A DNA stretch of 64,000 nucleotides from positions 2,816,001-2,880,000 of the forward strand of contig OZ254086.1 of assembly GCA_965267575.1 (NCBI GenBank), given 5' to 3'. Below are positions 47,900-58,000 of the stretch, one piece after another; position 1 is the first letter of the stretch; each line of letters opens with the position of its first letter. Under the pieces are notes generated by a model. It was not told the DNA's origin and searched no databases. It saw nothing but the letters and a program-made list of their open reading frames with translations. Both the position numbers and the translations under genes were made by a program. This stretch comes from Calditrichales bacterium. Lineage in GTDB: Bacteria; Calditrichota; Calditrichia; Calditrichales; J004.

Positions 47900-48068
47900 A
47901 TATATGGGGGGTGTCGCGTAATTGGCCTATGGCTTTGGCGATACGGGCAATCGAATGGATGAACAATTTTTATTGTGATCTTGTGAGTCTTGCTTTGAAT
48001 TGCTGCGTTTTTCCAAATATGATGCTTTCTGATCAACAGACGATTATTTCTTTAATTATAATTTGCGC

Positions 48069-48151
48069 TTACCGACTCTTAATAATGTCATATCTCCTTC
48101 ATACCGGAAACCGGGTCTGATCATGGACGGATCGACCCGGTTTCTTTTTTT
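48069..48151 (+). ncRNA. Candidate small RNA with anti-SD motif and its own terminator
   Basis: TATAAT at 48057-62; CATATCTCCTTCATA at 48089-48103; stem GAAACCGGGTC/GACCCGGTTTC (48107-48144) followed by T7. Confidence 0.35.
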
Positions 48152-48235
48152 GTTTTTGCTTTATATGCTTTTGCTTAATTTATAAAACCCTGAACGTGTT
48201 TTTGCGTAACAGGCCGAAAGCATACTCATAAGCTC

Positions 48236-50635
48236 ATGAATATCAATATACCAACTGCCCTACGCACACCCCTGCTTTTTTTTAGCGCCTGGCTTATTGC
48301 CGGCTTAACGCTTATGCAGGCCCGCTATGTAAACATCGTTGTGCTGCAGGTGGCACTTCTTTCCTTTGCCGTCTCATGGCCACTGGCCAACCGCCTGCTT
48401 AAGGCCGCATCACTTAACTCGCAAATTAGCCTTATAGCCACGTTGATCCTGTATTTCAGCGCCTGGCAGTGGAACAATCTGTTAAGCGGCATAGGGCCGC
48501 AAAGCGCCTGGTTTTTTGTTCGTGAACTTGTCTATCAGCTGCTTCTTTTATTGCAAGTTTTCACTTTTGGATTGTTACTGATCCAGAACAACAGACAGCG
48601 CCAGACAATCCTGATTGTGTACGTTGTGCTGGCCCTGGCCGGTTATCTTTTTGTATACCAGCCGGATTCCTCCAGTGTTATGCGTTTCATATTTATACCA
48701 ATGCTGTTTCTCGTTTCACTGAATCAGACGCGCTGGGTGGAAGATCTGCATAAGCGCACATTGGGGCTGTTCTTTATAGCCTTCGGATTGCTTTTATATC
48801 TACTGGCCAATTCACCGCCACAGGCGCCCGCGTTTTACGACGGTGCATCATGGACCTGGCACACGATCCCCGGTTTTATGCGGCATTTGCTAATGGCCTA
48901 TTTGATTGCACTGATGATAAAGATACCCGCGGTGATCATTTACAACCACCTGACGCTTTCCCGCAAACTTTGGTTCTCCGGCCTGTTTCAATCCTTTATA
49001 CCGCAGATCGTTCAATTTATACTGCTTATGTTGCTTTTCTTCTTTTTTACTGCCGGCTGGCAGGCGCAAAATCTATCCGATGAAATAAAAAAGCAGTTGC
49101 AAAAAAGTAAAGCCGTAATGGCAGAGCCGGCCACGTTGCCTTTTGATGTTTCAACGGGAATCTGGGAATCGGAGAAAGGCGAATGGTTTTTATTTAGCCG
49201 TACTAACAACGACACTATTTTTGCCACTTTGCTGGATAGCACGCTGTTGAAGAAAATGTGGTTTGAAAAGCAGACACTCTTCGGAAACGGGCTGGTTGCT
49301 TACCCTATTGAACTGGATAGCTGGCAAAGCCTGCTTATGAAATATGATCTATGGCAGAGGACCAGGGATATCAGGTTTTATTCGCTTAACTTCTGGTATT
49401 CCGAAAAAGAAAACAAACGTTCTTACTTTGATAACGGCCGCGAGCAGGAAGATGACAGAAAGGTGTTTTTGCTCGATACGGGCCGGGAAAGCGGGTTTGT
49501 CTTTGGCAGGGTCTATATGCCGTTTGTATCTGCGAGTAAGCCCCAGGGGCTTATTGCCTTTGACATTGTATTGAATAAAAAAGAAATAGCACTCAGTGAC
49601 CCCATCGTAGGAATGGTCTCCCTGCTTATCCTCATTTTTCTCGCGATTAACTCTCTCGTGATACGCCAGGTGGTAGGGGCGGGCGACCGCATTAACAAAA
49701 CGATTATCCATAAATTCAGTCAGTTGCGCCAGGGTATTCGCGAAATTTCCGACGGCAATCTTCAATTCAAGGTTGATATGCAGGGTGAGGACGAGTTTTC
49801 CGAGCTGGCCCGGCGCTTTAACGCGATGGCCGGACGCCTGGAAAAAACGCTGCAGGAGGCGCGCGAAAAAGATCGCCTGAACCAGGAGTGGGTTATTGCG
49901 CGCGAAGTGCAACTGGATCTATTGCCGCGCCAGCTTCCGCATCCCAAAGGTTTTAAGGTTGTGGCTAACCTGCAAACTGCGCAGGAAGTGAGCGGCGACC
50001 TGTATGATATGATCCGCATGGACAACGGAAACTATCTGTTCACCGTGGGAGACGTATCCGGCAAGGGTGCTTCGGCCGCTTTTTACATGGCGCAGTTTAT
50101 TAGCCTGTTCCGTCTTTCGGCACGCTTTATGGATCAGCCGGATAAGGTGGCGCTGGCCATCAACTCCTACATCCGCAAGCACATTAACGACGCCCAGATA
50201 TTTATAACGGCGATTATCGGAACGCTGAATCCCGACACAGGCGAGTTACAGTGGGTGCGCTGCGGTCACAACGCGCCCGTTATCCTGAGCGGCGGAAAGC
50301 CCCGCGTGGCCGAAACCAAAGGCATCGGGCTGGGACTTACGGATTCCGAAGCGCTGTTTACAAAAAGTCTGGAGATATGCAGGCATACACTGGCAAAAAA
50401 TGAATCGTTGCTGCTTTTTACAGACGGGCTTACTGAAGCCACCCGCGTTGACGACGGCCAAAAAGCGCAATATGGTGATGAGCGGTTTCTGGAGCTGCTG
50501 CGCGAAAACCAGGATCTGCCCGCCGATGAGCTGATCAAAGAGCTTTCTCATGACCTTGATATCTTTTACGGCGGCCAGCCCCGCGTTGACGATGTTACGA
50601 TCATGATCATCCAGAAAAACGGTCCGGTAAATTAG
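48236..50635 (+). CDS. Multi-TM HAMP + PP2C/SpoIIE (RsbU-like) phosphatase
   Basis: AREVQ..LLP; SGDLYD; GDVSGKG; CGHN; FTDGLTEA; DDVT. Confidence 0.92.
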   Translation: MNINIPTALRTPLLFFSAWLIAGLTLMQARYVNIVVLQVALLSFAVSWPLANRLLKAASLNSQISLIATLILYFSAWQWNNLLSGIGPQSAWFFVRELVYQLLLLLQVFTFGLLLIQNNRQRQTILIVYVVLALAGYLFVYQPDSSSVMRFIFIPMLFLVSLNQTRWVEDLHKRTLGLFFIAFGLLLYLLANSPPQAPAFYDGASWTWHTIPGFMRHLLMAYLIALMIKIPAVIIYNHLTLSRKLWFSGLFQSFIPQIVQFILLMLLFFFFTAGWQAQNLSDEIKKQLQKSKAVMAEPATLPFDVSTGIWESEKGEWFLFSRTNNDTIFATLLDSTLLKKMWFEKQTLFGNGLVAYPIELDSWQSLLMKYDLWQRTRDIRFYSLNFWYSEKENKRSYFDNGREQEDDRKVFLLDTGRESGFVFGRVYMPFVSASKPQGLIAFDIVLNKKEIALSDPIVGMVSLLILIFLAINSLVIRQVVGAGDRINKTIIHKFSQLRQGIREISDGNLQFKVDMQGEDEFSELARRFNAMAGRLEKTLQEAREKDRLNQEWVIAREVQLDLLPRQLPHPKGFKVVANLQTAQEVSGDLYDMIRMDNGNYLFTVGDVSGKGASAAFYMAQFISLFRLSARFMDQPDKVALAINSYIRKHINDAQIFITAIIGTLNPDTGELQWVRCGHNAPVILSGGKPRVAETKGIGLGLTDSEALFTKSLEICRHTLAKNESLLLFTDGLTEATRVDDGQKAQYGDERFLELLRENQDLPADELIKELSHDLDIFYGGQPRVDDVTIMIIQKNGPVN

Positions 50636-50692
50636 TAGATAATTTCAATTCTCACTATATTTAAGTTTCATCTAATTACAACGGGTATCGTC

Positions 50693-52492
50693 ATGTCACG
50701 CCTTATTATCTTCTTTTTAGTTGTGATTGTTTTTGTTCAAAGCTGTCAGGAAAAGTCACAAAACCAGCCTCTGGGTTCAGATGTGGAGTGGGCCCGCGGC
50801 ATTGTCTGGTATCAGATATTTCCGGAGCGTTTTCGTAATGCAGTTGAAGCAAGCGACCCGGTGGCGGCGGAGGTGCCCGGAGCGGAAGCCCAGCCGGGGT
50901 GGAGGATACATCCCTGGGGAAGTGACTGGTTTAAGATACAGCCGTGGGAACGGGAAGAATCCGATTATTTTTATGATGTGGTCTATGACCGGCGTTATGG
51001 TGGTGACCTTATCGGCGTTACGCAGAAGTTGGATTATCTGCAGGATCTTGGTGTGGAAGGTATCTATTTCAATCCCGTTTTTGAAGCACCGAGCTTGCAT
51101 AAGTATGATGGCTCCACTTTTCATCATATTGATGATAATTTTGGCCCCGATGCCGCCGCCGACAAAGCCGCATTGGCGCGGGCAGCCGAAAGCGCCGATC
51201 CCGCGACATGGATTTGGACAACAGCGGATTCCGCTTTTCTGAAACTTATATCAGAGGCTCATAAAAGAGATATTCGCGTAGTCATTGATGGCGTTTTCAA
51301 TCACACGGGAACCGAGTTTTTTGCCTTTAAGGATGTAGTAAAAAACCAACAGCAATCACCATACGCAGACTGGTATGACATAAAATCGTGGGATGATCCC
51401 GCTACCGAAGAAAACGAATTTGATTACAGTGGGTGGTGGGGCTTTAAGGGGCTGCCGGAATTCCACGAAGACGAGAACGGCCCGGTTCCTGCGGTGCGCG
51501 ATTATATTTTTGCCGCCACAAGCCGCTGGATGGACCCCAACGGTGATGGCGATCCTTCTGATGGTATTGATGGGTGGCGGCTGGATGTTGCCGACGAAGT
51601 GGCCGAAGCATTCTGGCGCGACTGGTACCGTCACGTTAAATCCATAAATCCCCGGGCCCTGGTGGTTGCCGAAGTCTGGAATGATGCCTCGGAAGCCGTA
51701 AAAAACAGTCAATTTGATGGGGCTATGAACTATCCCTTTGCCTATGCGACTATGGAATTTTTTATTAATAGCGGCGATAAAAGTATCTCGGGCCCCGCAT
51801 ACTTGGGCAAACTGGATACATTATACAAAAACTACGGTCAAGCGTCGACGGCTCTTCTTTGGAACCTGATGGATTCTCACGATACCGACCGGCTCGCTTC
51901 GATGATCCTTAATCCCAATCTGAATTTTGACCGCATGCGCAGCCCCATTGACAACCCCGATTACATACTGCGCAAGCCAACCAGGGAAGAGCGCGCCACG
52001 CAGGAATTGATCGTTGCTTTTAAAATGGCCTGGATAGGCGCGCCGTTGATTTTTTACGGTACTGAAGCTGGCATTTGGGGACCGGATGATCCGGGAGACC
52101 GTAAGCCTATGGTTTGGCCGGATATCGAATTCGAGCAGGAATCTCATCATCCCATTGCAGGTAAAACGCGTCCGTCCGATCCCAACGGTTTCGATTCTTT
52201 GATTTTTGATTACTACAAAACCCTTATTCTGCTGCGCAAAAACAACAATGCCCTGCGCAAGGGAAATTTTGTACCTATGTATGAACAGAGCTCTGAAAAC
52301 GTTGCCGTTTTCCGTAGAGAAACAGAAACCGATACCGTATATGCTCTTTTTAATCGTGGCGCTGACGAAGTGGAAATCAATCTGCCGTCCGGTAGCCCGT
52401 TTACCGATTTGATGGATGTAAGCACATATGAATCTGATGGCGAAAAAGTCCGTATCTCCATGGAACCAATGTCCTTCAAATTACTGGAGTAA
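50693..52492 (+). CDS. GH13 alpha-amylase/neopullulanase-like lipoprotein
   Basis: WYQIFPERF; DGVFNH; GWRLDVA; EVW; SHD; lipobox VQSC. Confidence 0.92.
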   Translation: MSRLIIFFLVVIVFVQSCQEKSQNQPLGSDVEWARGIVWYQIFPERFRNAVEASDPVAAEVPGAEAQPGWRIHPWGSDWFKIQPWEREESDYFYDVVYDRRYGGDLIGVTQKLDYLQDLGVEGIYFNPVFEAPSLHKYDGSTFHHIDDNFGPDAAADKAALARAAESADPATWIWTTADSAFLKLISEAHKRDIRVVIDGVFNHTGTEFFAFKDVVKNQQQSPYADWYDIKSWDDPATEENEFDYSGWWGFKGLPEFHEDENGPVPAVRDYIFAATSRWMDPNGDGDPSDGIDGWRLDVADEVAEAFWRDWYRHVKSINPRALVVAEVWNDASEAVKNSQFDGAMNYPFAYATMEFFINSGDKSISGPAYLGKLDTLYKNYGQASTALLWNLMDSHDTDRLASMILNPNLNFDRMRSPIDNPDYILRKPTREERATQELIVAFKMAWIGAPLIFYGTEAGIWGPDDPGDRKPMVWPDIEFEQESHHPIAGKTRPSDPNGFDSLIFDYYKTLILLRKNNNALRKGNFVPMYEQSSENVAVFRRETETDTVYALFNRGADEVEINLPSGSPFTDLMDVSTYESDGEKVRISMEPMSFKLLE

Positions 52493-52498
52493 AAAGAA

Positions 52499-52741
52499 AT
52501 GGAACTGCTTGCATTGCTTTTTCTGGGCTTTCTGTTTTTTGTGGCGATCAAGTTATTCGCAGGTCTTTTACATGCCGGCGCTTTTTTAATTGCTCTACCT
52601 TTTAAAATAGTTTTTGCCATTTTGGGATTTGTTTTGGCGATTGTTTTTACGGGAGCAGGCCTGTTATCGGTTTTCCTGGTGCTTTTTGTCATATTTTCGC
52701 CGCTGATTCTGGTTTTTTTGTTGCTTTTCAGGCATAATTGA
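52499..52741 (+). CDS. Small hydrophobic membrane protein
   Basis: GGAG RBS; almost entirely hydrophobic, 80 aa. Confidence 0.65.
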   Translation: MELLALLFLGFLFFVAIKLFAGLLHAGAFLIALPFKIVFAILGFVLAIVFTGAGLLSVFLVLFVIFSPLILVFLLLFRHN

Positions 52742-52825
52742 TAAAATAGTTTCGAATCGGATTGCCCCCTTTAGATGTCGTGGTTATATTTCCTATAACC
52801 TGTAATCTTTCCAAATGGAAATGCC

Positions 52826-54124
52826 ATGAAAACGAATCATTGTGTAGCTATTTTTGGTGGAGCGGTGGCAGGCTCTGAAGCCGCCAGTGTATTGGTAAAT
52901 CAAGGAATTAATGTTGTTGTTTTTGAACAGAATATTTTACCCTACGGCAAAATTGAAACGGGCCTTCCCAAATGGCATGTAAAACTACGTGACCGTCAGG
53001 AAGAAAAAATAGATGCCAAGTTGGATCATCCGCTCGTACAGTACGTGCCTTCATGTCGTTTAGGTGAGGATATCATTTTTGAAGATGTTTGCAAAAACTG
53101 GGGTTTTAGCGCAGTGCTTATCGCAACGGGAGCCTGGCAAGACAGGCCCTTGCCAGTTGAAGGTGTAGACGAGTTTGTGGGAAACGGTCTGGTTTATCAG
53201 AACCCATTTGTACAGTGGTTTAATCAGTGTCACGATCCGGGTTATTTCGGGGAGGTTTTTGACATTAAGGATAACGCAGTTGTCGTTGGGGGTGGACTGG
53301 CGTCTATCGACGTTGTAAAAATTTTAATGATCGAAACGTTCTGCAATGCTGTACGCAAAAAGGGCTTTGAAACGGATACCCTGACCGTTGAAAGACTGGG
53401 TCTGAAGACAGCCGCACAGCAGCTTGGCTTGTCTCTGGATGATTTAAATCTGAAAGGCTGTACTCTTTATTACCGGCGTCGCGTAATCGATATGCCGCTT
53501 TCACCGGTTGCCGGCCGGCCCACAGAGGAAGAGTGGCAGAAGATTTATCACGTGCGCAAAAAGATAATCAAACTGGCTCAGGACAAGTATTGTTTTCATA
53601 TGCGTGAATGCCATATGCCGGCCAGCTATAAATCGAAAAACGGTAAGCTTGAATCCATAGTTTTCCAGCGCACAAAGATTGAGGGCGGGCGTGTTATACC
53701 TTTGCCAGACGATTTTGTGGAAGTAAAATCGGACCTGTTTATCTCCTCAATCGGATCGGTTCCGCAAAAACTTCCCGGTGTGCCATATATGGGGGAACGT
53801 TTTGCTCTGGCAGATGAAGAAAGCGGACGTTTCGAAGGGTACGATCATGTATTTGCTTTGGGTAATGCCGTGACGGGAAAGGGCAATATCAAGGAATCTC
53901 AATATCATGCAAACAGTATTGCCAATGTGCTTGTAGAGCGTTACTTTAAGTCTGCTTTACATGAATCTGATGGAACTTTAGTGCCAGGAACATCTGTTTT
54001 TGCGGGCATCATGAACAAAGTGAAAGAGTTGCAGCTAAGAGCAGGCTATAATGGTAACTATTCTGAATGGGTTGCAAAACATCGCCCTGTTCGTTTGGAA
54101 AGCATGCTGGAAGCACACCAATAA
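52826..54124 (+). CDS. FAD/NAD(P)-dependent oxidoreductase (GltD/ferredoxin-NADP reductase-like)
   Basis: AIFGGAVAG, IATGA, VVVGGGLASID and VFALGN motifs. Confidence 0.8.
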   Translation: MKTNHCVAIFGGAVAGSEAASVLVNQGINVVVFEQNILPYGKIETGLPKWHVKLRDRQEEKIDAKLDHPLVQYVPSCRLGEDIIFEDVCKNWGFSAVLIATGAWQDRPLPVEGVDEFVGNGLVYQNPFVQWFNQCHDPGYFGEVFDIKDNAVVVGGGLASIDVVKILMIETFCNAVRKKGFETDTLTVERLGLKTAAQQLGLSLDDLNLKGCTLYYRRRVIDMPLSPVAGRPTEEEWQKIYHVRKKIIKLAQDKYCFHMRECHMPASYKSKNGKLESIVFQRTKIEGGRVIPLPDDFVEVKSDLFISSIGSVPQKLPGVPYMGERFALADEESGRFEGYDHVFALGNAVTGKGNIKESQYHANSIANVLVERYFKSALHESDGTLVPGTSVFAGIMNKVKELQLRAGYNGNYSEWVAKHRPVRLESMLEAHQ

Positions 54125-54139
54125 AAGTTAATAATATAT

Positions 54140-54472
54140 ATGACAAAGAAGAATTCTAAGCTTGTGTACTCAACGCATCCGGAAGAAAAGCGTCCCGACG
54201 AAGTCAAAAGTAGGAAATCCGGAAATGTGGTGAACCCTAACGACGTTACAGCGTATATAGAGAGAGACAGAAAAAAACGTGGCGGCAAAACCGTAACCGT
54301 GGTTACCGGAATTCCCGGGGAGCTTGATTCACTAAAACGAAATTTACAAAAACTTTGCAGTGCCGGTGGAAGCACAAAAGAAAAGTCTATCGAAATTCAG
54401 GGCGACCACCGGGACAAAATTGCCGGTTATTTAAAAGAGAAAGGTTTTTACGTAAAGTATAAAGGCGGATGA
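54140..54472 (+). CDS. yciH: Translation initiation factor SUI1/YciH
   Basis: LVYST; RGGKTVTVV; GGS.K..IEIQGDHR. Confidence 0.92.
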   Translation: MTKKNSKLVYSTHPEEKRPDEVKSRKSGNVVNPNDVTAYIERDRKKRGGKTVTVVTGIPGELDSLKRNLQKLCSAGGSTKEKSIEIQGDHRDKIAGYLKEKGFYVKYKGG

Positions 54473-54474
54473 AG

Positions 54475-55140
54475 TTAACGCATCATGTTGTCTAGCCCGG
54501 AGTATTTCTCATCATAGTCATCCACGCTGCGTTTAATAACTTCATATGCTTCTTCCCGCCCGTATATATGTGTAATTTCGCACACATGTTTTTCCTGGCC
54601 GGGAATATCTTTATAAGTCAAAAAATAATGCTTCAAGCGTTCAATCAGCATAGAAGGAACATCGCCGATATCATTCCATTCCCCGTAAACAAGATCGCCT
54701 TTAAGGAAAGCGATAATTTTGTCATCGGCTTCACCGTTATCAATCATACGGAAGCCGCCGATTACAACGGCCGAGACAATTATATTGCTGTGTGTGATCG
54801 GGCGTTCGGTTAAAATGCAGATATCCAGTGGGTCTTTATCGCCCACAATGTCACTGCGTCCGGTTTTATCGTTGCAAAAAGCGGCAACGCGGCTACCACA
54901 ATAGGTTCTGGGAACGAGTCCGTAAAGCATAGGAGGCATCGAAGAAAATTTCTGGGGACGATCAACCTTGAGCAGACCAGATTCTTTATCAAGTTCATAC
55001 TTAACCGTATCCGTTGGAACCATTTCGATGTATGAGTTGACGACTTCAGGGCATTTCTCGCCGATTTCAACACCGTGCCAGGGATGAGCCCTGTAAAGAA
55101 GTGTCATTAGGTTCCAGATTTGTCCGCGTAAAGAATTCAT
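54475..55140 (-). CDS. ppa: Family I inorganic pyrophosphatase
   Basis: HPWHG; KYELDK; YG..PRT; GDKDPLDI; D.GEADDKI. Confidence 0.95.
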   Translation of the reverse strand: MNSLRGQIWNLMTLLYRAHPWHGVEIGEKCPEVVNSYIEMVPTDTVKYELDKESGLLKVDRPQKFSSMPPMLYGLVPRTYCGSRVAAFCNDKTGRSDIVGDKDPLDICILTERPITHSNIIVSAVVIGGFRMIDNGEADDKIIAFLKGDLVYGEWNDIGDVPSMLIERLKHYFLTYKDIPGQEKHVCEITHIYGREEAYEVIKRSVDDYDEKYSGLDNMMR

Positions 55141-55345
55141 AAACTGCTCCGGTTTTTTGTTGCTGACTTAAGTTATTGATTTTTTTAGATTAATGGGTTA
55201 AGCAGTACTGTTGCACATCAACTAAATAAAGTTAAATTTGTAACCAATACAAATTTCGCGAATAAATATAGCAAAAAATAGTTGTTTCGAAGTAAAATCA
55301 CTAAAATTTACCACTTATTCACTATTCAAACGAGGGGGAATAGCT

Positions 55346-55873
55346 GTGAGTAAAGAGAAAAAATATCCGGGTATCAGCCGGATAGATTCAAAGCATACAC
55401 ACGGATGGTATGTGCGTGTTTATGCCAATGGTGGCGTTTTCGTGTCCAAGTTGTTCAGCGACCGTCTTTACGGTGGCAAGCAGCAGGCGCTCAACAATGC
55501 CATAAAGTTCCGCGATCATAATAAAATGGTTGCTGAGCTTCACAAACGCGAGGGGCGCAACCCCAACCGCAAGCCTTTTTATAAAAAGCCGCCAAAAAAC
55601 AATGCCAGCGGGCATGTTGGCGTCAATGAGGTGAAAACGAATATCCGGGGCCGTGAAGTACATTACTTCCAGGCGACCTGGAGTGAAGGCGGCAAGCCGA
55701 ATTCGCGCAAGTTTTACGTATCCAAAAAGCGCAAGCCGGAAGAAGCGCGTAAGCTTGCTGTTGACCTGCGCCGCAAAAAGGAAAAAGATTTGCTTAAGCA
55801 GTGGCAGGATGAGTTGAAAAAAGAAAAAGATCGTTTAAAGAAAGAACGAAAAGAGCTTGCCAAGAAAATGTAG
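55346..55873 (+). CDS. Tandem AP2-domain DNA-binding protein
   Basis: GISRID..HGWYVR..KLFSD..GG...AL..A..FRD; second unit NNASGHVGV..FQATW..RKF..A..LA..R; GTG start after GAGGGGG. Confidence 0.75.
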   Translation: MSKEKKYPGISRIDSKHTHGWYVRVYANGGVFVSKLFSDRLYGGKQQALNNAIKFRDHNKMVAELHKREGRNPNRKPFYKKPPKNNASGHVGVNEVKTNIRGREVHYFQATWSEGGKPNSRKFYVSKKRKPEEARKLAVDLRRKKEKDLLKQWQDELKKEKDRLKKERKELAKKM

Positions 55874-55943
55874 GAATCTTTTAAAACACGGATGTTTTTC
55901 TTCTTTTTTCTAAATATTATACTATAAAAATTTTGAATATTTT

Positions 55944-56915
55944 ATGGATGCTCAACTCAAAGCACCTGTAGAGAAGGCGCTTCTTGATTGCCTTAACCTC
56001 GATGCATCTGAGTCTGTCTTAATAATTACTGATAACGTAACTGAAGAAATCGGCAAGGCTTTTTACTCGGTTGCTAATGGTTTATGCTCGTACGCCCATA
56101 TGGTTCTTATGCCCGAGGCGGAAGTAAACGGACAGGAACCATCGCCTGGTATTGCCAAAATGATGCTTCAGTATGATGTGGTTATCTGCGCTACGGCAAA
56201 GTCTATGACACACACGGATGCCAAGCGAAACGCCACCAAAAAAGGTGTGCGCGTAGCAACTTTACCCGGAATCACTAAAGATGTGTTTGTGCGGACAATG
56301 GCTGCAGATTATATTAAGGTCGCTCGTCGCACAGATCAGATTGCGGCATTACTGGAGTCTGCCAAAGCAGCTCGTATTAAAACACGCCTGGGTACCGACC
56401 TGCATTTGCCTATATCGGGCATGAGCGCAATCAGCTCAACCGGACTTATTCGAGAAAAAGGAAAAGGGGGGAACCTTCCTAGCGGAGAAGCTTTTCTTGC
56501 CCCTGAAGAAGGGAAATCCTTCGGCACGCTTGTAATAGACGCTTCCATTGCCGGGATAGGTCTCGTAAATGAACCCGTTCATATCGAAATACGGGATGGT
56601 TTTGCTGAAAGGTTCAGCGGAGGAGAGCAAGCGTTGCTTTTTGAGCAACAGCTTAAACGCTTTGGCAAACCTGGACTTAATGTGGCAGAACTTGGTATCG
56701 GGACAAATGACAAAGCCATTATAACAGGTAAAATTCTGGAAGATGAAAAGGTTTTCGGAACAGTACACGTTGCCTTTGGGAACAATATTTCCATGGGCGG
56801 TACCTGTAACGTCGGTATTCATGTTGATGCCGTTTTGACCGAACCTGATGTATGGATAGATGATCAAAAAATTATGGAACAAGGAAAATTATTGATAAAA
56901 GATGAAGGAGCCTGA
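55944..56915 (+). CDS. M29-family (thermophilic metalloprotease-like) aminopeptidase
   Basis: GNLPSGEAF.AP; AELGIGTN; EDEK..GTVHVAFG.N; HVD. Confidence 0.9.
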   Translation: MDAQLKAPVEKALLDCLNLDASESVLIITDNVTEEIGKAFYSVANGLCSYAHMVLMPEAEVNGQEPSPGIAKMMLQYDVVICATAKSMTHTDAKRNATKKGVRVATLPGITKDVFVRTMAADYIKVARRTDQIAALLESAKAARIKTRLGTDLHLPISGMSAISSTGLIREKGKGGNLPSGEAFLAPEEGKSFGTLVIDASIAGIGLVNEPVHIEIRDGFAERFSGGEQALLFEQQLKRFGKPGLNVAELGIGTNDKAIITGKILEDEKVFGTVHVAFGNNISMGGTCNVGIHVDAVLTEPDVWIDDQKIMEQGKLLIKDEGA

Positions 56916-58000
56916 TGGACGTTAGCGGCTATTTGGAATTATACCCCAAGGGTTTTGGATTCCTGCGGCATTTGGAGCACAACTTTAATCCCACCGGTAA
57001 TGATGTGTACGTACCGCAGTCCCTGATCCGCCAGTTTAACCTTGAAGAAGGTGCTTACCTTGTTGGACAGGCGGCCGAACCCGACAACAACAAGAATCCC
57101 TATCTCTATTTTATTCAAACCATTAACGATATGGAACCCCCGCAATACAAGCAGCGGATCAATTTTCGCGAGCAAGTGACCATTAATCCTGAAGAGCGGC
57201 TTAAAATGACGCTTAACGAAAAGGATACAATCGGACCGTGTCTCGATGCCCTTTGTCCTATGGGAAAAGGACAACGCGGTCTGATCGTCGCGCCACCGAA
57301 AACGGGTAAAACGACCATACTCAAGCATATCGCGCTGGCCATTAATACACATCATCCTGAGATGGAAGTGCTAATCCTGCTTGTTGATGAACGGCCGGAA
57401 GAGGTAACGGATTTCAGACGGTCCGTGCCTAAAGCGCACGTTCTGTCATCTTCCGCGGATGAAGATACCGAAAACCATATCCGTATGACGCGCCTCGTCA
57501 TGAACTCCGCAATCCGCAAGGCTGAGGCCGGGCACAATATTGTTGTTTTGATTGATTCTTTGACACGGATGGGGCGTGCTTATAACAAGAAATCTAACAA
57601 TAACGGGCGCACTCTGACCGGTGGCTTATCGGCTAATGCCCTGGAATTGCCACGCCGTTTCTTTGGTGCAGCGCGCAATCTGGAAGGCGGCGGATCGCTC
57701 AGTATTATTGCTACGATCCTGGTTAACACCGGCAGCAAAATGGATGAAATTATTTTTCAGGAATTTAAAGGCACGGGCAACCTGGATCTCGTCTTATCGC
57801 AAAGGTGCGCGGAACAGCGTGTTTGGCCGGCGATCAATATTCATGAATCCGGCACCCGCAAGGAACACCTCCTCTTAAATGAAGATGAGCTTAAGCAATC
57901 CATGAAGGTGCGCCAGATGCTGGGCAGCATGAATGAAGTGGAAGCTATGCGCTATATGCGGAAAATTATCAAGGATAAGGAGCTTATTTTTTCTGCTTAG
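56915..58000 (+). CDS. rho: Transcription termination factor Rho, short form
   Basis: [51 protein letters not shown]. Confidence 0.93.
   Translation: MDVSGYLELYPKGFGFLRHLEHNFNPTGNDVYVPQSLIRQFNLEEGAYLVGQAAEPDNNKNPYLYFIQTINDMEPPQYKQRINFREQVTINPEERLKMTLNEKDTIGPCLDALCPMGKGQRGLIVAPPKTGKTTILKHIALAINTHHPEMEVLILLVDERPEEVTDFRRSVPKAHVLSSSADEDTENHIRMTRLVMNSAIRKAEAGHNIVVLIDSLTRMGRAYNKKSNNNGRTLTGGLSANALELPRRFFGAARNLEGGGSLSIIATILVNTGSKMDEIIFQEFKGTGNLDLVLSQRCAEQRVWPAINIHESGTRKEHLLLNEDELKQSMKVRQMLGSMNEVEAMRYMRKIIKDKELIFSA

Noticed and set aside
47644..48120. ORFs overlapping tRNA-Leu; tRNA as an island integration site
   Set aside because: The ORFs overlap the tRNA and terminator. No integrase or duplicated tRNA 3' end was seen.
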